Of a stretch of 63,418 nucleotides of DNA, positions 36,308 to 45,678 are shown in pieces. The notes under the pieces are model-generated. The model searched no databases. It was not told the DNA's origin and worked only from the letters and a program-made list of their open reading frames with translations. The translations under genes and the position numbers were made by a program. Source of the DNA: Bacilli bacterium (lineage in GTDB: Bacteria > Bacillota_I > Bacilli_A > RF39 > UBA660); the NCBI GenBank assembly GCA_017459425.1, contig JAFUCZ010000004.1, positions 1 to 63,418 on the forward strand, given 5' to 3'. How positions within the stretch are numbered: position 1 is the first letter of the stretch; the number at the start of each line of letters is the position of its first letter.

Positions 36308-38677
36308 ATGTTAAAAAGGAAAATGTTTAGAGATATTCGTAAAAATTTATCTCAATTTATAACAATTTTTTTAATGATAATGATTGGAATAATGGCTTAT
36401 TCAGGAATAAAGGCATATATGGATGGTATGTCCAAAACTTCAGATAAGTTTTATTCAGAAAATAATTTATTTGATTTAAATGTAATGGGATTATTAAATC
36501 ATGATGATTTAAATAAAATAAAAGAAATTGATAATGTAAAAGACGCTGAATTAAAATTATCAGTTACAGCAACTACAGATAATGATAAAACATTACTATT
36601 AAATTTTATTGAGTCAAACAATATATCTAAGTTTTATGTATTTGATGGAATTGATTTTGATTACAATAAAAGTGGTGTATGGTTAGATAACTTTTATGCT
36701 AAAGAAAACAACATAAAAGTTGGTGATGTAATACTTGTAAAATATGAAACAATGCAATTACATGAAAAAGTACTTGGACTAGTAAATGTACCAGATCATT
36801 TATATGATACAAGAGATGAATCAGAATTATATCCTGATAGAAAAGAATTTGGTTTTGCATATATGAGTACTAAAGAAATAACAGAAGACTATATTAAATC
36901 TCTAGTTATGAAACAATTAAATATAAACGATGAACAAGATTTAGATATGATGATACCTGATTTTGATTATAAAGATTATATTCCATTTTCAAGTATAATG
37001 GTAGATGTTAAAAATACTAAAAATAGAAAAGAAGTAAAAGAAAAAATCGAAGATAATGTAGAAAATGCTAAAGCAATCATTAATAGGGAAGATACTACTT
37101 CTTATATAACTTATCAAGGAGAAATAGATGAAGGTAAGACATATGTAGGCGTTTTTTCTGGAATATTTTTATTTATAGCAATGCTTTCAGTTATTACAAC
37201 AATGACAAGAGTTGTAAAAAATCAAAGAGTTCAAATAGGTACATTAAAAGCATTAGGATTTAGTAATAATAAAATATTATTTCACTATATCGGTTATGGT
37301 TTTTGGATAAGTATTATTGCTTCTATTGTAGGATTAATTCTTGGATATTATATTATTGGTAATGTTTTTATAAATTTAGAAATGGATTTTTTTGAAATTC
37401 CAAATGGACATCCTGCTATGAATATTTCAAGTTACTATATTTCAATTGCGGTTATTTTAGTTGTCTCAATAATAACTTATATTACAGGTAGAAGTATATT
37501 AAGAGAAAATCCTGCAGAAACACTTAGAAAAAAAATACCAACTATTAAAGGTACAGCTTTAAATATAACAAAAAAAGGATTTTTTAAAAAACTTAGTTTT
37601 TCTTCAAAATGGAATGTAAGAGATATTTTAAGAAATAGAATGAGAACATTTATGGGCCTTGCAGGGGTAGTAGGATGTTGTGCATTGATTGTATGTGCAT
37701 TAGGTATGTTAGATTCAATGAATTTCTTTGTTAAATTACAATTTGAAGATTTATATAATTTTGATTATAAATTGAATTTAAAAGAAAATTTATCTTCTAA
37801 TGAATTACAACTTATATATGATCAATATGGTAGTAATACTTCAAAAATTTTAGGAATAGAAATAAAAGATAAAAATGGCAATAGAGAATCAAATAACATA
37901 CTAGTAACTGACGCGAATGATTATTTAAGATTTGTAGATAATAAAAATAAAATAAAAGAAAAGCCAACAGATGATGGAGTATATGTAACTTATAAATTAG
38001 CTTCTACAAAAGGTTATAAATTAGGTGATAAAATTACATGGCATATATACGGAGATAATACTTATTACACTTCTAAAATAGTTGGATTTAATAAGGATCC
38101 CCAAAATCAAAATATATCAATGACACGTAATTATCTAGAATCTTTAAAAATTGAATATAAACCTGATTCTTTATATACTAATAATGATTTAAGTAAAATT
38201 AAAGAAATTAAAAATGTAGAAACTATACAAGATATTAATAGTTTAAAAGAAGGTATGACAGGAATGCTTTCTATGATGAAAACAATGCTAGTATTAATTA
38301 TTAGTATTGCAGTTTTATTAGGTGGAATAATAATATATAATTTAGGAATACTTTCTTATACTGAAAAAGAATATCAATTTTCAACACTTAAAGTATTAGG
38401 ATTTGATGATAAGCAAATTGAAAATATTTTTATAAAACAAAACAATTGGATAGCAGTATTATCTATTATTATTGGTCTTCCATTAGGTTTTTATTTAACA
38501 GATTGGTTATTTAAAACAGCAATAGAAGAACATTATGATTTTGGTGCTAGTATTACTTTAAGAACTTACATAATATCTGCTATTGGAACATTTTTAGTGT
38601 CATATTTAGTATCTAAGTTTTTATCAAAAAAAATCAAAAAAATTGATATGGTATCAAGTCTAAAAGGAAATGAATAG
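36308..38677 (+). CDS. ABC transporter permease, FtsX/MacB-type with duplicated 4-TM modules
   Basis: Two FtsX-like TM bundles, each preceded by a large extracytoplasmic domain. Its start overlaps the ATPase stop. Confidence 0.85.
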   Translation: MLKRKMFRDIRKNLSQFITIFLMIMIGIMAYSGIKAYMDGMSKTSDKFYSENNLFDLNVMGLLNHDDLNKIKEIDNVKDAELKLSVTATTDNDKTLLLNFIESNNISKFYVFDGIDFDYNKSGVWLDNFYAKENNIKVGDVILVKYETMQLHEKVLGLVNVPDHLYDTRDESELYPDRKEFGFAYMSTKEITEDYIKSLVMKQLNINDEQDLDMMIPDFDYKDYIPFSSIMVDVKNTKNRKEVKEKIEDNVENAKAIINREDTTSYITYQGEIDEGKTYVGVFSGIFLFIAMLSVITTMTRVVKNQRVQIGTLKALGFSNNKILFHYIGYGFWISIIASIVGLILGYYIIGNVFINLEMDFFEIPNGHPAMNISSYYISIAVILVVSIITYITGRSILRENPAETLRKKIPTIKGTALNITKKGFFKKLSFSSKWNVRDILRNRMRTFMGLAGVVGCCALIVCALGMLDSMNFFVKLQFEDLYNFDYKLNLKENLSSNELQLIYDQYGSNTSKILGIEIKDKNGNRESNNILVTDANDYLRFVDNKNKIKEKPTDDGVYVTYKLASTKGYKLGDKITWHIYGDNTYYTSKIVGFNKDPQNQNISMTRNYLESLKIEYKPDSLYTNNDLSKIKEIKNVETIQDINSLKEGMTGMLSMMKTMLVLIISIAVLLGGIIIYNLGILSYTEKEYQFSTLKVLGFDDKQIENIFIKQNNWIAVLSIIIGLPLGFYLTDWLFKTAIEEHYDFGASITLRTYIISAIGTFLVSYLVSKFLSKKIKKIDMVSSLKGNE

Positions 38678-38737
38678 TCACAATATTTAAGTAGACAAAA
38701 ATAAAAAAATTGTGTACAATCTAATTGAGGTGTTAAG

Positions 38738-39127
38738 ATGGTAGAAAAGTTATTGGATTTAGCTAAAAATTCATATAGCCCATATTCAAAATATAGAGTA
38801 GCAACTATATTAGTAATGAAAGATGGTAAAGAAATTAAAGGTGTAAATGTTGAAAATGCATCTTATGGATCTTCAATATGTTCTGAAAGATCAGCAATTG
38901 TAAGTGCTATTAGTCAAGGTTATAAAAAAGGTGATTTTAAAGAATTACATTGTATGTGTATTGATAGTAATAGAATTAGTACTAGTTGTTTTGGTTGTAG
39001 ACAAGTTATTAGTGAATTTTTTGATTATGATGCACCAGTATATTTTTATTCAAATAAAGGTGAAGTTAAAAAATATAGTGTACAAGAATTGTGTCCATTT
39101 CCTTTTAATGATGAGGATTTAAAATAA
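38738..39127 (+). CDS. cdd: cytidine deaminase
   Basis: 129 aa with zinc motifs CSERSAI and CFGCRQ. Confidence 0.85.
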   Translation: MVEKLLDLAKNSYSPYSKYRVATILVMKDGKEIKGVNVENASYGSSICSERSAIVSAISQGYKKGDFKELHCMCIDSNRISTSCFGCRQVISEFFDYDAPVYFYSNKGEVKKYSVQELCPFPFNDEDLK

Positions 39128-39143
39128 TTTATAGGAGGCATAT

Positions 39144-39638
39144 ATGAAAGATAAAAAAAGTTTAATAATTTATTTTAGTAGAGCTGATGAAAATTATGCA
39201 GTTGGATATATAGAAAAAGGTAATACTCAAATAGTAGCAGAATATGTTAAAGAACTAACTGGAGCTGATATGTTTAAAGTAGAACCACTAATACCATATT
39301 CTAAAGATTATGATACATGTATCAATGAAGCAAAACAAAGAGTTGGTAATGCTCCAATAAAAGAGTATTTAAGCGATATATCTAAATATGAAGTGATATA
39401 TATTATGAGTCCTATATATTGGGGTACTTATGCTCCAGAACTTGAAACCGCACTAAAAAAGATAGATTTTACTGGTAAAACCATAAGAATTATAACAACA
39501 CACGAAGGTAGTGGACTTGGAACTGTTGTAAATGATGTAAAAAATATTTGTGTAGGCGCAAATATATTAGATGATGCACTAGCAATTAAGGGATCTTCTG
39601 CGATAAATTCTAAAAGTATAATTGAAGAATGGGTATAA
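39144..39638 (+). CDS. flavodoxin-like protein
   Basis: 164 aa with the short-chain flavodoxin pattern (LIIYFSR..., MSPIYWG, TTHEGSG). Confidence 0.65.
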   Translation: MKDKKSLIIYFSRADENYAVGYIEKGNTQIVAEYVKELTGADMFKVEPLIPYSKDYDTCINEAKQRVGNAPIKEYLSDISKYEVIYIMSPIYWGTYAPELETALKKIDFTGKTIRIITTHEGSGLGTVVNDVKNICVGANILDDALAIKGSSAINSKSIIEEWV

Positions 39639-39639
39639 A

Positions 39640-39906
39640 ATGAACATTGAAGAAATATTATGTATAAATACATATCCAAAACTTGATTTACACGGATTTG
39701 ATAGAGATACAGCTAAAGTAATGATTAATGATTTTATTAATGAACAATACAAGTTAAAAAACAAATATATTGTCATAATTCATGGAATCGGTAAAGGAAT
39801 AATAAAAAAAGTAACACTTGATACTTTAAAAACTAATAAAAAAGTTCTTGAGTACCACATTGTATATAATAATACTGGAAGTACGATAGTTAAACTTGAT
39901 TTATAA
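39640..39906 (+). CDS. Smr domain protein
   Basis: DLHG and IIHGIGKG motifs. ATG 39640. Confidence 0.75.
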   Translation: MNIEEILCINTYPKLDLHGFDRDTAKVMINDFINEQYKLKNKYIVIIHGIGKGIIKKVTLDTLKTNKKVLEYHIVYNNTGSTIVKLDL

Positions 39907-39982
39907 TACGTATTACATACGTATTTTTCTTTACTTTTTAAAAATTTTAATATATAATAACTTTCAATTTGGGGTGAAAAAT

Positions 39983-41716
39983 ATGAATGATATAACATTA
40001 TTAGATAGTTTTCAAACATTTGAAAATAGGCTAGATCTTTTAAAAGAAATAGGAATTCAAGCCAAACCTACTGATTTCGCACTTTTACAAGGCGCTAATA
40101 TGAAAAATGGATATGGAGAATATTATACTAAAACAAGTGATGAAAATGGATCAGTTATTATTGTTAATGGATTGTTTAAAAATGCAGCAATTTCTTTTGA
40201 TAATGATGTATGTGTTAGACCGGTTATTAAATATTCATCAATTAAGGGTGAAATAAAAAAAGAAAAGTATATTAATGATGGAATTATAGAAATTGAATAT
40301 GGTGAATATCCACAAACTATTGATAGTTTATCAAAACAAAATCAACTTGAAGAACTTTTTAAACAATATATGTTAGTAAAAACTGGTGGTAAATGGGATG
40401 ATTCTATAACTGGTAAAAAAAATAACGAATATTTATTTAATGGTATAAGATATATTCGTATGTCAACAAGATATATTAATAAAAATGTAATAGATAATCT
40501 AAAGGCTTCAAACAAAATTATAGATAATCAACAATATGCATGGGTTAGAGTAGAACCGGTTAAATATTTAGTTGATGTAAAAAATGACATTGCTATATGT
40601 AAAGATTTATTATTTGTAGATGGTTTATATAATAAACCTACATTTTATGATGGAGATTTTTTAAAAACAGATTTATCTAAATATTTAAATAATATTTTTA
40701 AAACAAATACACTTCAACATGAACCTTTAAAAACTACTAATAACACAAGTATAGTTAATGTAGATAGTAAAAAAATAAATATCTATGATAAAAAAACAAA
40801 TATCAATGATAAAATAAAAATTAAAAATGGTGTCGTTATATTAAATGAAAACACATATAAAATAAATCCTGCAATTGGAAGAGATGAAGAAATAAAAGAA
40901 TTAGAAAAAAACATCTTAATTCCAAAAAAAGGTGTTGTTTTAGTAGGAGAACCTGGAGTAGGAAAAACTTCTGTTGTAGAAGGACTAGTATATAAAATTC
41001 AAAATAATTTAGTTTGCAATGCACTTAAAAATAAGATAATAATGAGTGTAAATGTGTCAGATTTACTTTCGGGAACATCTTATAGAGGTGAATTTGAAAA
41101 AAAATTAACAGATTTGTGTAATTACATTTCAGATAATCCAAATATAATACTTTTTATCGATGAAATGCATAATTCGATAGGTGCTGGATGCAGTGATGGT
41201 CAAAAAATAGATATGGCAAATATTTTAAAACCATATATTTCAAATAGAAATTTAAAAGTAATAGGTTGTACTACAAGAGAAGAATTTCAAAATTTTTCTA
41301 ACGATTCAGCATATAGAAGAAGATTTAATATACTAGATGTACAACAATTAGATTATAGGTATGTAAAACAAATATTAAAAGAATATATTCATAATAATGA
41401 ATTTAATATAAAAGTAGATTTAAGTGAATACAAAATAGATTATTTATGTGATTTAATTATTAAATTATCTAAAAGAAAAGTAAAATATGTTTATGCTTCA
41501 AATAATAATCCTGATGCATCAATAAATATTTTAATGTATTGCTTTGCATATTTTGCAGTAACAAATATTGAAAATCCAACACTTAATGATTTTATTGATG
41601 GAATAAAAGATAATAAAAATTTAAGTATAACTGAATTTGATAATTTTACACAAGAAGAAAATAGTAATTCTAAATATGAAGAAAATCGAAAAAAAATAAT
41701 ACTACATACAAACTGA
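39983..41716 (+). CDS. single-module Clp-like AAA+ ATPase with an unusual N-terminal domain
   Basis: GRDEEIKELEKNI...LVGEPGVGKTS (Walker A) and ILFIDEMHNSIGAG (Walker B) resemble the ClpA/B D1 module. The N-terminal 300 aa contain a module ending DVCVRPVIKY. ATG 39983 lies behind GGGGTG. Confidence 0.75.
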   Translation: MNDITLLDSFQTFENRLDLLKEIGIQAKPTDFALLQGANMKNGYGEYYTKTSDENGSVIIVNGLFKNAAISFDNDVCVRPVIKYSSIKGEIKKEKYINDGIIEIEYGEYPQTIDSLSKQNQLEELFKQYMLVKTGGKWDDSITGKKNNEYLFNGIRYIRMSTRYINKNVIDNLKASNKIIDNQQYAWVRVEPVKYLVDVKNDIAICKDLLFVDGLYNKPTFYDGDFLKTDLSKYLNNIFKTNTLQHEPLKTTNNTSIVNVDSKKINIYDKKTNINDKIKIKNGVVILNENTYKINPAIGRDEEIKELEKNILIPKKGVVLVGEPGVGKTSVVEGLVYKIQNNLVCNALKNKIIMSVNVSDLLSGTSYRGEFEKKLTDLCNYISDNPNIILFIDEMHNSIGAGCSDGQKIDMANILKPYISNRNLKVIGCTTREEFQNFSNDSAYRRRFNILDVQQLDYRYVKQILKEYIHNNEFNIKVDLSEYKIDYLCDLIIKLSKRKVKYVYASNNNPDASINILMYCFAYFAVTNIENPTLNDFIDGIKDNKNLSITEFDNFTQEENSNSKYEENRKKIILHTN

Positions 41717-41734
41717 TATTTTTATATCAGTTTT
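41713..41734 (+). terminator. intrinsic terminator
   Basis: CTGATAT-TTTT-ATATCAG hairpin plus T-run, overlapping the stop codon. Confidence 0.7.
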
Positions 41735-41791
41735 ATTAGTAATTTTTAATAAAATAGTATATAATTATAAATAGATTTAGGAAGTGATACT

Positions 41792-42979
41792 ATGTTAAAA
41801 CCAAATTTAATGGAAGCAAAAATAAGAACAGATAAAAAAGTTTTAACTAAAATAGATGACTATATTATAAAAGAAAATTTAAAAGATTTAGGAATGAATA
41901 AAACTTATTATGTTAAAACATATGGATGTCAAATGAATGAACATGATAGTGAAAACATTAAAGCAATTTTAGAAGATATGAGTTTTACTGAAAGTAAAAC
42001 TATGGAAGAAGCAGATTTAATATTACTTAATACATGTGCAATAAGAGAAAATGCACATAATAAAGTATTTGGAATGTTAGGTAGAATTAAACATTTAAAA
42101 GAAACACGACCTCATGTAATTACTGGTGTTTGTGGATGTATGGCACAAGAAGAAGTTGTAGTAGATGAAATATTAAATAAATATAAGTGGATTGATATAG
42201 TGTTTGGAACTCATAATATTCACAAACTACCTGACATTTTAGAAAAATCAATGCGAAAAAAAGAGTTAGAAATAGAAGTACAAAGTATTGAAGGCGATGT
42301 AATTGAAAATATCCCTGTTAAAAGAGATAGTAAATATAAAGCTTGGATTAATATAATGTATGGCTGTGACAAATTTTGTACTTACTGTATAGTTCCATAT
42401 ACACGTGGTAAACAAAGAAGTAGACAACCAAAATTCATATTAGAAGAAGTAAATGATTTAATCAAAAAAGGATATAAAGAAGTAACATTATTAGGTCAAA
42501 ACGTAAATGCATATGGTAAAGATTTAGAAGAAAAATATACAATGGAAAATTTACTTGAAGATGTAGCAAAAACAAAAATTGAAAGAATAAGATTTGTAAC
42601 AAGTCATCCATGGGATTTTACTGATGGCATGATAGATGTAATAGCTAAATATGATAATATAATGCCTTACATTCATCTTCCTTTACAATCTGGATCAAAT
42701 AACATTTTAAAACTAATGGGAAGACGTTATACAAAGGAAAAATATCTAGAACTTTATAAAAAAATAAAAGAAAAAGTAAAAAATGTAAGTATTACTACTG
42801 ACATAATAGTAGGATTTCCAAATGAAACAGATGAAGATTTTAAACAAACTTTAGATGTAGTTAATACTTGTAAATTTGATTCTGCTTTTACATTTATTTT
42901 TTCACCTCGTATTGGAACACCAGCAGCTAAAATGAAGGATAATGTACCACTTGAGGTAAAAAATAAAAGATTATATTAA
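41792..42979 (+). CDS. miaB: tRNA-2-methylthio-N6-dimethylallyladenosine synthase, interrupted before the TRAM domain
   Basis: UPF0004 N-domain (YYVKTYGCQMNEHDSE) and radical-SAM motif CDKFCTYCIVP. The ORF ends at an in-frame TAA (42977-42979). Confidence 0.88.
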   Translation: MLKPNLMEAKIRTDKKVLTKIDDYIIKENLKDLGMNKTYYVKTYGCQMNEHDSENIKAILEDMSFTESKTMEEADLILLNTCAIRENAHNKVFGMLGRIKHLKETRPHVITGVCGCMAQEEVVVDEILNKYKWIDIVFGTHNIHKLPDILEKSMRKKELEIEVQSIEGDVIENIPVKRDSKYKAWINIMYGCDKFCTYCIVPYTRGKQRSRQPKFILEEVNDLIKKGYKEVTLLGQNVNAYGKDLEEKYTMENLLEDVAKTKIERIRFVTSHPWDFTDGMIDVIAKYDNIMPYIHLPLQSGSNNILKLMGRRYTKEKYLELYKKIKEKVKNVSITTDIIVGFPNETDEDFKQTLDVVNTCKFDSAFTFIFSPRIGTPAAKMKDNVPLEVKNKRLY

Positions 42980-43210
42980 TTAAATGAATTAATTAATAAA
43001 TATTCAAATGAGGCAAATCAAAAATACTTAAATAAAACAGTTCCAGTATTACTTGAAGGAGTAAGTGAAAAAAAGGAAGATTGTTTATTTGGATATACCG
43101 ATACTATGAAATTAGTTAATGTATTATGTGGTAAAGAATTTATTGGTAAAATTGTTAATGTAAAAATACTTGATATAAAAACATGGAGTATGGATGGAGT
43201 AATAGAATAG
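42980..43210 (+). pseudogene. miaB: detached C-terminal (TRAM) segment of miaB, in frame with 41792-42979
   Basis: Translation LNELINKYSNEANQKYLNKTVPVLLEGVSEKKEDCLFGYTDTMKLVNVLCGKEFIGKIVNVKILDIKTWSMDGVIE matches the usual MiaB C-terminus. There is no in-frame restart codon. Confidence 0.75.
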
Positions 43211-43219
43211 AGGGGAATT

Positions 43220-44548
43220 ATGTATATAGATAAAAAACTAATTATTGCTAAAAATGAAGAAAAAGAATTATCTATCATACCTAGTATGATAAATAGACAC
43301 GGGGTTATAACTGGTGCAACAGGAACAGGTAAAACAATAAGTGTAAAAGTACTTGCAGAAACATTTAGTGCAGCTCATATCCCAGTTTTAATTACTGATA
43401 TAAAAGGAGATGTATCTTCACTTTGTGAAGAAGGAGTTTCATCTGATTCTATTAGTAAAAGAGTTGAAAAATTAAAATTAGATGGATTTAATGTATCTAA
43501 ATTTCCAACTCAATTTTTTGATGTATATGGTAAAACAGGACATAAATTAAGAGCTAGAATTGATTCATTTTCTAGTACTTTATTAAGCAGAATTTTAAAA
43601 CTATCTGATTCACAAGTAGGCAATCTTAATATCGCTCTTAAAGTAGCCCATGATGAAAATATGCCTTTAATTGATTTTAAAGATTTAAAGATTATTTTAA
43701 ATTATATTTTGGAAAATAAAGATACATATAGTATGAAATATGGAAGTATAACTACTCAAAGTATTTCAACTATAAATAGAAAATTACTTGAATTTGAAAA
43801 TACAAATGCTGATATGTTTTTTGGAGAGCCAGAACTTAATCTAAATGATTTAATGAAATATGATGGCGATACAGGTTATGGAATGATTAATATCCTTGAT
43901 TCAGTAGAATTATCTAAAGATTATAATTTATATTCAACATTAATGTTGTGGCTTTTAAATAAAATTTATGAAACTTTTCCTGAAGTTGGTGATTTAGAAA
44001 AACCAAAATTAGTTTTATTTATAGATGAAGCTCATTTATTATTTGATGATATGAATTCTGATGTATTAAAAAAATTTACTCAAATTATTAAACTTATTAG
44101 ATCAAAAGGTGTAGGTGTATTTTTAATTTCACAATCTCCTAGTGATATACCAGAAGATATACTTTCTCAACTTGGAAATAGAATTCAACATAATTTGAAA
44201 GCATATACTCCAAATGAGATGAAAAGCGTTAAAATAGCTGCAAAATCATTTAGAGAAAATCCTAATTTAGATACAGAAAAATCTATATCAGAATTATCAA
44301 CCGGAGAAGCATTAGTTTCATTTATTAATGAATTAGGGCAACCAGAAATAGTAGAACGCGCATTTATTTTACCTCCTCAAAGTAAAATAGGTGTAGTAGA
44401 TGAAATTACTAGACAAAATATAATTAATAAAAGTGATTTAAAAAGTACATATGATGTTACTATAGATAATATTTCAGCGTATGAATTAATAAATAAACAA
44501 AATGAATTAAAACAAAAAGAACAACCAAAAGAAGAAATAAAAAAATAA
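43220..44548 (+). CDS. HerA-like / DUF853-family P-loop ATPase
   Basis: Walker A GATGTGKT and Walker B LVLFIDEAHLLF. It ends at a TAA embedded in an A-run. Confidence 0.8.
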   Translation: MYIDKKLIIAKNEEKELSIIPSMINRHGVITGATGTGKTISVKVLAETFSAAHIPVLITDIKGDVSSLCEEGVSSDSISKRVEKLKLDGFNVSKFPTQFFDVYGKTGHKLRARIDSFSSTLLSRILKLSDSQVGNLNIALKVAHDENMPLIDFKDLKIILNYILENKDTYSMKYGSITTQSISTINRKLLEFENTNADMFFGEPELNLNDLMKYDGDTGYGMINILDSVELSKDYNLYSTLMLWLLNKIYETFPEVGDLEKPKLVLFIDEAHLLFDDMNSDVLKKFTQIIKLIRSKGVGVFLISQSPSDIPEDILSQLGNRIQHNLKAYTPNEMKSVKIAAKSFRENPNLDTEKSISELSTGEALVSFINELGQPEIVERAFILPPQSKIGVVDEITRQNIINKSDLKSTYDVTIDNISAYELINKQNELKQKEQPKEEIKK

Positions 44549-44665
44549 AAAAAGAAAACAGAAAAATCTAAAACTGAAAAAGTAATTGATAGAACTATTG
44601 GTAATGCAGCAAGTACATTTGGTAGAAAACTTGCAAATAGTCTTTGGAATAAACTCTTTAAGTAA
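44549..44665 (+). pseudogene. in-frame continuation of the DUF853 ATPase past its TAA (39 codons)
   Basis: KKKTEKSKTEKVIDRTIGNAASTFGRKLANSLWNKLFK resembles the basic/amphipathic C-terminal tail I recall for this family. Confidence 0.5.
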
Positions 44666-44719
44666 TATTGAAAAAAAATCAAATAAATGTTATACTTTAC
44701 AAAGAAAGTAGAGATTAAT

Positions 44720-45082
44720 ATGAATAAAAAAGCATTTACCTTAGTAGAATTACTTGCAGTTATTATTATACTTGGCATTATCGCACTAATTGCTGTTCCA
44801 ACAGTTTTTAAAATTATAGATAGTTCAAAAGATGAATTATATAATGATCAAATTGTTCAAATTGAAAATGCAGCTAAAAGATGGACGGTAGAAAATGCGT
44901 ATGAGGAAAAATCATATAAAGTTACAATTAATGAATTGATTAGTGGAGGATATTTAGAAGGTACTAAAAATAATAAAGTATTAGATCCACGTGATAAATC
45001 TGAAATGACTGGATGTGTAATAATTGATTATGAAACTAATACAAATCAATATACATATAAGTATTCAGATAATAATTGTTAA
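44720..45082 (+). CDS. small prepilin-type (ComGC/pseudopilin-like) protein
   Basis: MNKKAFTLVELLAVIIILGIIALIAVP class III signal. About 120 aa, with ATG 44720. Confidence 0.85.
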   Translation: MNKKAFTLVELLAVIIILGIIALIAVPTVFKIIDSSKDELYNDQIVQIENAAKRWTVENAYEEKSYKVTINELISGGYLEGTKNNKVLDPRDKSEMTGCVIIDYETNTNQYTYKYSDNNC

Positions 45083-45134
45083 AAAATTATTAAAAAATGT
45101 TTAAATTTAATCAATTTGTGATATAATATATTAG

Positions 45135-45368
45135 AATTTATAAAAACAAAGAAGTGGAGAAGTACTATTTATGACTGTTAATAGAGAGCTAGGATGGTGG
45201 AAACTGGCAATAAAATAAATAGGAATAACACCATGGAGTTGCTTATGTGAAATTAGTAATGTAAGCCGGTAATCCCGTTAAAATTTAAAGAGCACTTATA
45301 AGTGAAAATATGGTGGTACCGCGGATACACAGTAATTCGTCCTATTGATGGATACTGTGTTTTTATTA
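45135..45368 (+). promoter_or_regulatory. T-box riboswitch leader of gatCAB-aspS
   Basis: Extended -10 TGTGATATAAT (45117-45127), AG-bay ATAGAGAG (45181-45188), distal-loop-like TGGTGGAAAC and the T-box sequence AATATGGTGGTACCGCGG (45307-45324). The terminator ACACAGTA...TACTGTGT plus T-run lies at 45327-45366. Confidence 0.85.
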
Positions 45369-45384
45369 TTTTAAGGAGGAAATT

Positions 45385-45678
45385 ATGAAATTTACACGTG
45401 AAATGGTTGATGATTATGCAGATAAGTTGTTAATTGGCTTAACTGAAGAAGAAAATAAGCAAGTACTTGATGAATTTGAAATTATTGATAAAAATATTGA
45501 TATAATTAACAAAATTCCTAATATTGAAAATGTTGAACCTATGTCTTGGTGTTTAGATGATTTTGAATTTGAACTTAGAGAAGATGTTAAAGAAGAGTCT
45601 TTAACACATGAAGAAATTTTATCCAATTGTGATGATTACATCGGTGAAGAAGTTAGAGTACCAAAGGTGGTGGGATAA
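45385..45678 (+). CDS. gatC: Asp/Glu-tRNA amidotransferase subunit C
   Basis: 97 aa, RBS AAGGAGG, followed by gatA and gatB. Confidence 0.9.
   Translation: MKFTREMVDDYADKLLIGLTEEENKQVLDEFEIIDKNIDIINKIPNIENVEPMSWCLDDFEFELREDVKEESLTHEEILSNCDDYIGEEVRVPKVVG

Noticed and set aside
38904-39122. A 72-aa same-strand ORF overlapping cdd in another frame.
   Set aside because: It lies fully inside the cytidine deaminase gene and is a hydrophobic, low-complexity V/L/I-rich translation with no RBS.
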